DNA of 24,000 nucleotides, taken from positions 64,550 through 88,549 of the forward strand of contig NZ_JAELVS010000003.1 in assembly GCF_016427555.1 (NCBI RefSeq), written 5' to 3'. A model generated the notes under the pieces. The model was not told the DNA's origin. It ran no database searches and saw nothing but the letters and a program-made list of their open reading frames with translations. Shown here piece by piece: positions 15,799-23,988 of the stretch. Position numbers and translations under genes: made by a program. Every line of letters starts with the position of its first letter. Positions within the stretch are counted from its first letter, which is position 1. The stretch is from Marinobacter litoralis. GTDB lineage: Bacteria; Pseudomonadota; Gammaproteobacteria; Pseudomonadales; Oleiphilaceae.

Positions 15799-17240
15799 TG
15801 ATCACCCCCGTAGTAGCCGCTGACCAGGAAATTAAACTGATGCAAATAGTAAGAATTCACCCAAGAACCAGGTGGGCGGTCACCTGCAACCGGTAACGAT
15901 GCCGTTCGGCCATGGTTATGAACTTCCCCGCTCCGCGCCAGCTCGACCCAGCGTAATTGGCCCCGCTGCTTCATGACGGTCGCATGGTAATCCAGTAAAG
16001 CGACAAGCTGTTCTTCTACGGTATTCAAGCGGGCAATTTGAAGTATTTTTTCCAAACGCTTTCGGCCTGTTTCTTGAAGAGGAACCCGAATTTCAGGGTG
16101 GTCAACGATTGTCTCAGCGTAACTTTGTAGCGTGGTTTCGGAACGACCGAGCCGCTGCCAGTGATCCCGAATTTCTGCCACGGCCTGAACCTTCTTGTGT
16201 CGGGCAACTCGAAAGAGCAAATCTACTTCAGCAAGCAAAGGTTCAATACGCTGGATGTTCTGAAGTTTCTGGCGTTCAGCGGTTTCACCATCAAAGGTCT
16301 TAACCGCCTCTTCAACAATGGACTGAGGGTTCAGTTTCTCCGGTGCAACATCATTGGCTTTGAACTGACTGAGCTTTTTTTTCATAACATTTAGAAGTTC
16401 ACCAGCAGATCCCTCGTTCAGTCCCGTCGCTGAAAGCCAGAAGTCCCGTGTTTCCGAGCCGACCTTGGCACCAGTAATGAAAGCCGTGCGGTAAGCGTTC
16501 TTTAGAACTGGCGAAATCTCCAGGAAATTAATCCTGGGAGGCACTTGGGACTTGGCCTGCGCTGAGTGAACAAGATTTACCAAGTGCCTTCTGACCTCTG
16601 TGAAGCAATAACGCAGTGAATCACTACTTGATAGCAGCTTCTCAAACTCAGCCCAGCGCTCTTGAGCCGTAGGATCAATATAGCGGTAGTTCTGATCGAA
16701 GAACCCTATCTCTACAAACGGTGTTTTGTAACGACCGCTCACTCCCAAGCCCAGCTGGCGAACTAACAATTGGCCTGAAGGTTTATCCGTAAAAATCAGC
16801 TGGTGATCCCCTTTGCTCTCCTGCTCTTCCAAAACGGCGCGACCTTTACTACCACCCAAGATACCGAGCGTATCGATACCCGCGTCCTCTGGTCGATGAA
16901 CCATTGAGTAGGTAAAGATATTCTCCAGATGTATCAGGCAGGCATGAATAAATGGCAGGCTATCTTTCGGCCCCAGCTCATTGGCAAGTGCATCGGACAC
17001 CTGAACTTCTTCATCGAGAAGTATCGAGCGAATCACACCATGATGCAGCAAGTTGAGCGTAAAATTTCGGACATCATTTGAGACGGAGTTTACGCGGTTT
17101 CGGAAGACCTGTTGGCCATAAGCCGACCAGATAACCAGCTGGCCGAGCGGGTCGATAAACGAATCACCAGACAAGGAGTCATCGTATTCGGTAAGCATAT
17201 CCTTAAGCTTCATAAGACAGTCCAATCCTTGGAGAAACAA
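15795..17240 (-). CDS. hypothetical protein, no family recognised (up to 481 aa)
   Basis: Long ORF with coding-like composition, flanked without gaps by the GIY-YIG gene (stop 17241-17243) and the PLD gene (4-nt overlap). The start is uncertain. TTG 17238-17240 abuts the upstream stop; ATG 17211-17213 is the alternative. Confidence 0.6.
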   Translation of the reverse strand: MFLQGLDCLMKLKDMLTEYDDSLSGDSFIDPLGQLVIWSAYGQQVFRNRVNSVSNDVRNFTLNLLHHGVIRSILLDEEVQVSDALANELGPKDSLPFIHACLIHLENIFTYSMVHRPEDAGIDTLGILGGSKGRAVLEEQESKGDHQLIFTDKPSGQLLVRQLGLGVSGRYKTPFVEIGFFDQNYRYIDPTAQERWAEFEKLLSSSDSLRYCFTEVRRHLVNLVHSAQAKSQVPPRINFLEISPVLKNAYRTAFITGAKVGSETRDFWLSATGLNEGSAGELLNVMKKKLSQFKANDVAPEKLNPQSIVEEAVKTFDGETAERQKLQNIQRIEPLLAEVDLLFRVARHKKVQAVAEIRDHWQRLGRSETTLQSYAETIVDHPEIRVPLQETGRKRLEKILQIARLNTVEEQLVALLDYHATVMKQRGQLRWVELARSGEVHNHGRTASLPVAGDRPPGSWVNSYYLHQFNFLVSGYYGGDH

Positions 17241-18155
17241 TCACGTTAAAGCTTCCGGCTCCAGCTTCTCAGCCTCCCAAGCCTTATACGTTTTCCCTTC
17301 CGGTAATCGCCATTCAGTGGTGCCATTGGTTGGACGGCCATTCACCACTGCCGCTGCAGCACTTGGGCTTTTAAACGCGTAGTTCTCGGTAAACACAGCA
17401 AGCTCTCCCTCTGGGCGTATGACACCCGCTGCCACCAGCTCACCATGCAGCTTACTGTAGCCAGTGTGGTGAGTGCTCTTACCTCGCCATCTGGGACTGA
17501 CTTTGGAGCCCGTGAGAACCACAAATTCCCCATCCGTGAGCACAGCTTTGGCCTCGATAGCATGCTTGGGGGTTCGAAGTTCAAACACTGTATCCGGCTC
17601 ATCTGGGTCAGCAGAGGAAACTGAACCTGTTTTTGCCTGCGGTCGAGTCTGAGCAAGAAAACTGTCGATACGTATGGCGGGCAGCACCATCATAAGGTAC
17701 TCAAGAAAGCTCTCCATATTGGCCTGCGCAGCCTCACTCAGCGAGGAGCGCGGGGGTGTATTGCCATTGTCTAGTCGGATTTTGCCAGCCCGTCGAGCCT
17801 CTTCAACCAGCCTGGATTCCAGATACTTTGCATGTGCCTTATTAAGGTTATTCCCGGCAGTCGTTATAAGAACCGCAGTGGTCCACCAATCCTTGGACGT
17901 GTCATGGCTTTTAATCCGCCCGCCGATATCCTCACCCTCCCCGATGTAAGCCAACGGACCGTCATCATCTTCGCCAAACAACAAATATACGCCAGTGTAG
18001 CTGGCTTCCGGCCTCTTCAAGGCGGCTCCCAGGCGCGTGCGCGGAGCCATGAGCACATGACCCGTCCAGTTAAACACCTCGGCTGTCAGCATGCCGTCGG
18101 GTTTTCCATCGATGAAGAATAGTTCGAGAGACTGCCCTTTATTGTTAATCATCAT
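17241..18155 (-). CDS. GIY-YIG nuclease family protein with C-terminal DUF4357-like domain, 304 aa
   Basis: GIY-YIG core is GVYLLFGEDDDGPLAYIGEGEDIGGRIKSH followed by AKYLESRLV. The C-terminal FVVLTGSKVS...FTENYAFKSPSAAAAVVNGRPTNGTTEWR matches the DUF4357 pattern, which occurs in restriction-modification (R-M) and defence neighbourhoods. Confidence 0.8.
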   Translation of the reverse strand: MMINNKGQSLELFFIDGKPDGMLTAEVFNWTGHVLMAPRTRLGAALKRPEASYTGVYLLFGEDDDGPLAYIGEGEDIGGRIKSHDTSKDWWTTAVLITTAGNNLNKAHAKYLESRLVEEARRAGKIRLDNGNTPPRSSLSEAAQANMESFLEYLMMVLPAIRIDSFLAQTRPQAKTGSVSSADPDEPDTVFELRTPKHAIEAKAVLTDGEFVVLTGSKVSPRWRGKSTHHTGYSKLHGELVAAGVIRPEGELAVFTENYAFKSPSAAAAVVNGRPTNGTTEWRLPEGKTYKAWEAEKLEPEALT

Positions 18156-18197
18156 TCTCTGCTATCGTTGATTCGACTTTTTACTGCTTTATCGTGT

Positions 18198-20039
18198 CTA
18201 CCTTCGGGTTTGAAACGCAAAGCTCCGCCGCCCAACCACTCGAAAATCTCGTGAGCCAGCAAGTTTCTGCTCGTACTCCACACCAGCTCCGTTCACTCGA
18301 AGGTACCGCTTTGTCTTGCAAGACTTACAATCTGTCGCAAAGCTACTGGGTTCTTGATGAACCAGCTTTACTGGACTTGAGCAAACCGGACATCGCTCAA
18401 GTACCATGATTTCCTGTTGTCTTCTGCCCAACTCCCTCACTTGAGAAGCTGCATTGTCATCGACAAGTGACCGCTCAACCCGTGAAAGATCACCCTCGCT
18501 CAGACCCTCTACAAGTCTAATTTCATGTCGTTTCGATTCTACTGCCAGGCCTTTAATTTCTCGCGCGATTCTTAGTGAATTGGCTGGGACTTTTAAGATC
18601 GGGCAACCGTATCCAGCCACCAGCTCCCTCTGTAAAAGCTGATCGATCAGATAACCAAATCTTTCGACGCTATACAGGTCGAACGGCGATAGCTGAATCC
18701 ATATGCCATCGATGGGAACTTCACTGGAATACAAGTGTTCGTCCGTCAATTTTGGCCAAGCCACTACTCTAGACAAAGGGTGATCGAAATTCTGCTCCGC
18801 AGAAAGTTCGTTTGGACGTTCGCCCAACTCCAACCAAGGAACAACTTCCAAGAGAATTTTTTCTGTTCTGCTTGAGTCATCGGGAGATAAAATCAACTGC
18901 CAGTCGAGCCCTACCTGTCTCAGCTCAAGATTCAGCCCGGCCCAACGCGATGAAAACTCAGTTCTGAGATAAGGTGCCAAAGCATGACGAAGAACCAGAC
19001 CGGCGTATCTCGAATACGTTAGGTTCAGCGCTTCGTTTCGCGCGCATCGTTCCTCAGGCGTCGTCTGTTTACCGCCAACGACACTCCGTAACTCATTCCA
19101 AAGGACAGGTAAATGGCGGTAATGCTGATCATGGCTCAGGATATTCGTAAGATGCAGTCCGTCTCCGATATTTACGCCGCGGTTCACCAACAGGTACAAA
19201 CCTCTCTGCTTGAGACCTCGAACTATACCAAGCGCATTCTCTAGCTGTTCCAGCGTTTCGGCTAGCTGTTCGGACGCTTTATTGGTTGAATCCTGAGTAA
19301 AGGCTTTTCCCCAAAGCCTGCATATTTCGTCAGTCAGGCGATGATGAAGCTCATTAGTTCCGTAAAACTCCAACGCCTCATTAACGGCAGACTGGATCTG
19401 CTTTAGCGTGCCGACTCGTTTGCACAAATATTGCTCGATTTTGTCAAGCAACCTTGCGTACACACGATTTTCATAGATATTAAAGTCGTCCTCGCTAAAC
19501 CGGGCTTTCACTCTCTTGGGTATAACACCGGACAAGGTCTGGCGCTGCCAGCACTCAGAATGCGAGGCCAGATGCACCAAGGCTCCTTTAGCTAACTTCT
19601 TGGCCCTCGCGACATCCGTGACCTCTTCTTCGTAGTGCAGGTCCAACCTAGGTCTCATCGATATTTGATGAAGGTGCCCCGCTCCGATGGTCTCGATCAG
19701 TTTCAAATCAAATGAGTTTAGGTGACTATCTTCGTTAACCACACCCTCAGGCATTAATGGTGATGCCAGCCCATTTCCACTCTCGATGCTTGAATCTATC
19801 GTATCCAGGATGCGCTCGAATAAATCGGCTTTCTGGACGATTGCCTTATCCGGCAACCTAAAGGATTTTCGCTCGCCATCGACATTGGCAATTTCGCTCC
19901 CATCGTCAACCAAGAGACCGCTCGTTCCCACACCTAAAGATTTTGGATGTCCAGCCGTTGCCTCAGCTAAATAACGGCCGGACTCGACAACGTCAGGTAA
20001 ACGCTCGATAGCCTTCCCAGTCAGCCGATCCACCCACAT
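18198..20039 (-). CDS. McrC-like (DUF2357-type) partner protein with C-terminal zinc ribbon, 613 aa
   Basis: The ATG overlaps the McrB-like gene stop (TAATG). DFNIYENRVYARLL resembles the conserved ENR segment of McrC/DUF2357 proteins. A PD-(D/E)xK-like stretch SPDDSSRTEKILLEVVPW follows. The tail has CPVC-x17-CKSC. The assignment rests on position plus weak motifs. Confidence 0.55.
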   Translation of the reverse strand: MWVDRLTGKAIERLPDVVESGRYLAEATAGHPKSLGVGTSGLLVDDGSEIANVDGERKSFRLPDKAIVQKADLFERILDTIDSSIESGNGLASPLMPEGVVNEDSHLNSFDLKLIETIGAGHLHQISMRPRLDLHYEEEVTDVARAKKLAKGALVHLASHSECWQRQTLSGVIPKRVKARFSEDDFNIYENRVYARLLDKIEQYLCKRVGTLKQIQSAVNEALEFYGTNELHHRLTDEICRLWGKAFTQDSTNKASEQLAETLEQLENALGIVRGLKQRGLYLLVNRGVNIGDGLHLTNILSHDQHYRHLPVLWNELRSVVGGKQTTPEERCARNEALNLTYSRYAGLVLRHALAPYLRTEFSSRWAGLNLELRQVGLDWQLILSPDDSSRTEKILLEVVPWLELGERPNELSAEQNFDHPLSRVVAWPKLTDEHLYSSEVPIDGIWIQLSPFDLYSVERFGYLIDQLLQRELVAGYGCPILKVPANSLRIAREIKGLAVESKRHEIRLVEGLSEGDLSRVERSLVDDNAASQVRELGRRQQEIMVLERCPVCSSPVKLVHQEPSSFATDCKSCKTKRYLRVNGAGVEYEQKLAGSRDFRVVGRRSFAFQTRR

Positions 20040-22498
20040 TAAAACCCGCCCTCTTTCCTTTTGATGTCTTTCTCCAAAAGATCAAGTGAGGTCACTGGAA
20101 GACTATCCAGGCCCGTTCCGCTCCAGAACGCTTCCAATGAAGACATCAATTTTCGAACGGAATCCGCGCTTACATCGAAGCGACCTGTTACCTTACCCTG
20201 GCGCATTATTCTGCTCGCTAGCAGGTGATCCAGAGCCTCACCCCTGGTCGCCCCTGATGACATCATCACGGGGATAAACCTGAGCGCCTGCTTCTCAAAG
20301 CGGTTGCCCCACCCCAGACCAAAGTCAGTCTCAAGCTGTTTTGTAAAGTCGTTTTCGGTTAATTTACCTAGCAAATCTTTCACAGAGGCGGTGTGCTCCC
20401 CGCAGGCAGAATCGAAGGCTTTCTGAAGAGAACTGAATGAATAGCTCGCAGGTGGATATTCCTTGATACGGAAACTGTGATCCTGCTTCGGAAGTGTCAT
20501 CACATGTGACCGATCATAAGTCTTATCAGCTAGCTCATTAGTCGTCTCGTCATGATTTGCCGTGCCGATAAACCAAACGTTGTTCGGCACAAGAATCTGG
20601 CGCCCATCCCTCAGCATATTTGGTGCCCCGGGCAACTCTGTTTCAGAAAGGCTGATTAGTCGCTCGGCCGGATTATTTTTTTCAAGAGCGGACAAGAATT
20701 CTGCGAAATATTGCTCTGGTCGAGAGAGGTTCATCTCATCAAGCAAGATCACATTACAAGAGTCTTGCCAGCGAGGGGCCTGTGCCTTGTATAGAGCTTG
20801 CAAGCAGTCCTTCTCGTAGAAACGGCGCTCAAAGGCGTTGAAATGACCCAGCAAATCATCGCGATCTCTCCAGCCTGCCTGCACGGCTATGTCCTGACAG
20901 AACCCTCCCATGGCCTTAGCAAAGGCCTTCGCAAGGCTCGTTTTACCCGTGCCACTAATTCCTTGGAACACGTGTAACTGACTCATAGCCAAACCACCGA
21001 GAAGCAGCCTGATATCCTCAATCGGATAGAATAGCTCCACATTCTTTTCAGCTCGGGCAATACGGTGCTGAAGTTCTTCTGCAAAGGACTTCAAATCTGG
21101 CACATGCTCAAGTTCGATGCTGGCCTGGAAGGCTTTATCAGTGTCCATGATCGACATCGCAGGGAACGCTGTTTTGGCCTTTTGCGCATTGGTCAATTGA
21201 TCAATACGAGTTTCAAGATCATCAATGTGGACCGCTAACGTATTTTTGTGAGATTCGAGAACCCGCTTCTCCCGGGCAATGGCTTCAAGCTCCGTAGCAG
21301 CTACACGCTTCACGCTCAACTCTCGACGCGCTTCGTCAAGTTCCGGGCGCAGAGCGGCAATGTCTCGCTCCAAGTCTGAGACTTTATCCCGTAGATATTG
21401 ATTGTCTTGCTGCAACCCAGCGGTGTCTGAAGATTCCAGCTGTCTTTTCAGCTCGCGATTTTCAGCAGTCAATCTCTCTAAATTCTCAAGTATTTCTGCC
21501 GGAGAGCGCTCGCCCAGTGCAGTACCCAACTCCTGGAGGTCATGTAACCGTTCTTGTAGCGTCTGAACCTTTTCCCAAGCCTTCTCTCTCTGTGCAGATA
21601 CCTTCGCCAACTCGAGCGCAAACCCCTTTCGCTCAGCTTCCATTCCCTCAGCTATGCGATTTTCTAGCTCAGCTTGCTCTGTTTTGAGTTCTGACCAATC
21701 GCGGTCCAGCCTTGTTCTATCGCGACTTAGCTTTGCCTTTTCCTGGCTGAGCTCATGCTCTCTCGCATCAAGCGCGTCAATTCGCTGAGCTTCTGCGTCA
21801 GAACAGCTATGCCTGATTTCTGCCAGCTTTCGTGCAGCCTGCTTTATTTCCTCTCCAAGCGCGGTCTTCTGATCCTGTAGATCCTTCAGATCTGATTCTC
21901 GCTGCACAATCAGCTGACGCTGTTGCTCTTCCAGTTGCCGCAGTGCTTTCTCATTCTCCTCTGCAAATCCTGCCTCAGCATTCGCCTCTCTCTGCTTAAG
22001 CAATCGTTCGAGGCTCAAAAGATCATTTTTCTTGGTTGCTAACTCCTGCTCCAGCTCGTCTATGCCGGCAACTCGTTGCTCCAAGGCCTCACGGTCTGCC
22101 TCAACCCGCTCAGCTTCGAGTTGCAGCCGTTTGTGTTCGGCATTGTTTTCTTCACCAAGCTTGCTGGCCTTCTCCCAACGTTGGATATATTCCTCGTTGA
22201 GCTTCTCCTGGTATTTGCTGAGCTCCTTACACACCTCTGCAAATCGCTCAATCCATCTCGCTATTGAGGCAGTGTCCTCAGTCTTCTGAAGCGCATCCAG
22301 GACCCGACCGATCAATTCTTTGTCGACGTCAATATCTAGGTTTGAACCAGTGGCTTGATAGACCTTTGATGCATTCTCAAACGAGGCTGCCCATATCGGA
22401 CCATGCTTTTCGAGTGACGCAGCCTGACGAGAAGGTGCAGCGGGAGCTCCTGTTGCCACCGGGGAGGCATTGCGTTTGTTTCCATTCTTCTTGGCCAT
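20039..22498 (-). CDS. McrB-like AAA+ (AAA_5/COG1401) NTPase with long N-terminal coiled coil, 819 aa
   Basis: Residues ~95-450 are E/K/R/L/Q-rich with almost no Pro or Gly, as expected for a coiled coil. P-loop is FQGISGTGKTSLAKAF (nt 20936-20962). Walker B is VILLDEMNLSRPEQYFAEFLSALE. FIGTANHDETTNELADKTYDRSHV sits at the McrB signature position. TAATG overlaps occur at both ends of the gene. Confidence 0.85.
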   Translation of the reverse strand: MAKKNGNKRNASPVATGAPAAPSRQAASLEKHGPIWAASFENASKVYQATGSNLDIDVDKELIGRVLDALQKTEDTASIARWIERFAEVCKELSKYQEKLNEEYIQRWEKASKLGEENNAEHKRLQLEAERVEADREALEQRVAGIDELEQELATKKNDLLSLERLLKQREANAEAGFAEENEKALRQLEEQQRQLIVQRESDLKDLQDQKTALGEEIKQAARKLAEIRHSCSDAEAQRIDALDAREHELSQEKAKLSRDRTRLDRDWSELKTEQAELENRIAEGMEAERKGFALELAKVSAQREKAWEKVQTLQERLHDLQELGTALGERSPAEILENLERLTAENRELKRQLESSDTAGLQQDNQYLRDKVSDLERDIAALRPELDEARRELSVKRVAATELEAIAREKRVLESHKNTLAVHIDDLETRIDQLTNAQKAKTAFPAMSIMDTDKAFQASIELEHVPDLKSFAEELQHRIARAEKNVELFYPIEDIRLLLGGLAMSQLHVFQGISGTGKTSLAKAFAKAMGGFCQDIAVQAGWRDRDDLLGHFNAFERRFYEKDCLQALYKAQAPRWQDSCNVILLDEMNLSRPEQYFAEFLSALEKNNPAERLISLSETELPGAPNMLRDGRQILVPNNVWFIGTANHDETTNELADKTYDRSHVMTLPKQDHSFRIKEYPPASYSFSSLQKAFDSACGEHTASVKDLLGKLTENDFTKQLETDFGLGWGNRFEKQALRFIPVMMSSGATRGEALDHLLASRIMRQGKVTGRFDVSADSVRKLMSSLEAFWSGTGLDSLPVTSLDLLEKDIKRKEGGF

Positions 22499-23988
22499 TA
22501 CATCCAGTCCTTAAAGCATTCCGTGAAATTCTTTGCATACGTCATCTGTTCTATCACCAGGTCCTGAGTAATCTCTTTCGACCTCCGTTTATTGAAACGA
22601 CTCTGTCCATGGCTACTCTGATTCCGAAGGTCAGCCAGATCTAACAACTGCATTAGCTGTAAGTCCGAATCTTGCAAAACCTTTAGCGGGTGCTGATCGT
22701 CGTTGAGTGCCCCCATTCCCGCGGCAAACAGTAAGGCTTTGAGAGAGCTTGATGGGTTGCGACACGATTTGATGACGTCATCTAAGCGCTGCCTCGCTAA
22801 TATTCGAATGACATCTTCGGTGAAAGATGGAATACCCAATGCGCCAAGCAACCCTTCATTCAGACTCCAGTTCGATTTCTTCGCGGATGGTATCTGCCCC
22901 ACATTCGCAGGGTAGGTCTTGATCAACCATTGCATAACCACTTCGAGAAGCTTCTGACAGTCACCGAGAGCAGCCTCCAAATCAGAATCCCAAGTCAGTC
23001 CCGATTCGATTCTGCGTCGCCACTTCAATATTCGGGCGAAATACCGCTTGATGTCGGGCTGAGCCTCTACCCAGGGGTACTCGATCAAAATATCCAGCTC
23101 CGTTCTCTTTTGAAGCTCTCTCAACCACTCTTCATTAGTCAGTGCCCCTGCGTCTGGAATACCAATCAGCGGCGCGAGAAAATTCCGAAGCTTAGTGTCT
23201 GAGTCCAGCAACTGCCTCACAGGCTCTTCGAGCCACCAGGCGCCTTCCCTGAGCCCAAACGGATCCCTTACTGACCAGAGCTCGTCCCCCTCATCATCAC
23301 CCGTTATCCAAACCACAATTCTCGCGGCCTCCGGTGAATCGTCCAGACGCTGAATGCCCTGCAATCGCACAGAATCAGATGACGAATGCAAGCCGTCCAT
23401 TTGCTGGCTGGCCCGAAAATCTTTCCGATAGTCACGGTAGGCCCGAGCGAGCCCCTCGTTATCTAAAGCAGGCAGGTTTTGCTTTTTTGATCTGGCGAGA
23501 TAGGGCCGGAAGGTGTGACCTGTCCGTCTCTCAACAGAAAACTCCGGAAACCTGGCTTGCGGATCCAGAGGCTCTATTTGTTCGAGCCTTGTTACCATTC
23601 GTGGCCAGAAATCACCGCTTATCGCGTCCTGAATCAGGAAGCCAGCCTTGAGATTCGACGACTCATCTTCCTCAGCGTCCAGCAGCTTGTGTCCTTCATC
23701 CGTCAGAGCATCCGCCCCCGTGGTCAACCAACCATGACTAATCCCTTGCGCAATAATCAGGGCGATCAATTCCGGGTGTAGACCAGTCAGAGCGGCAATA
23801 TCATCCTGTCTGGTGCATTTGGCCCTGATCAGTCCCAAAACCGCTCGCTGAAACAAATTCAACTCGGGCTGCCTTGGTTCAGGATAGAGAACTCGATGAA
23901 CAAGGACCGGCCAAAGAATCGCTTTCGATTTTGACCTGGGCCGATCGCTGAATTTGAGATAGCTGCCAGTTTCAACGAACGCTGCCAT
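22498..23988 (-). CDS. hypothetical protein with N-terminal wHTH-like segment and C-terminal R-x4-H (HEPN-like) motif, 496 aa
   Basis: ATG 23986-23988 is preceded by GGAGG plus a 5-nt spacer; the ORF-track GTG at 24000 is less likely. LNLFQRAVLGLIRAKCTRQDDIAALTGLHPELIALIIAQGISHGWL is wHTH-like. DLRNQSSHG (R-N-Q-S-S-H at nt 22609-22626) lies 42 aa from the C-terminus. Confidence 0.65.
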   Translation of the reverse strand: MAAFVETGSYLKFSDRPRSKSKAILWPVLVHRVLYPEPRQPELNLFQRAVLGLIRAKCTRQDDIAALTGLHPELIALIIAQGISHGWLTTGADALTDEGHKLLDAEEDESSNLKAGFLIQDAISGDFWPRMVTRLEQIEPLDPQARFPEFSVERRTGHTFRPYLARSKKQNLPALDNEGLARAYRDYRKDFRASQQMDGLHSSSDSVRLQGIQRLDDSPEAARIVVWITGDDEGDELWSVRDPFGLREGAWWLEEPVRQLLDSDTKLRNFLAPLIGIPDAGALTNEEWLRELQKRTELDILIEYPWVEAQPDIKRYFARILKWRRRIESGLTWDSDLEAALGDCQKLLEVVMQWLIKTYPANVGQIPSAKKSNWSLNEGLLGALGIPSFTEDVIRILARQRLDDVIKSCRNPSSSLKALLFAAGMGALNDDQHPLKVLQDSDLQLMQLLDLADLRNQSSHGQSRFNKRRSKEITQDLVIEQMTYAKNFTECFKDWM

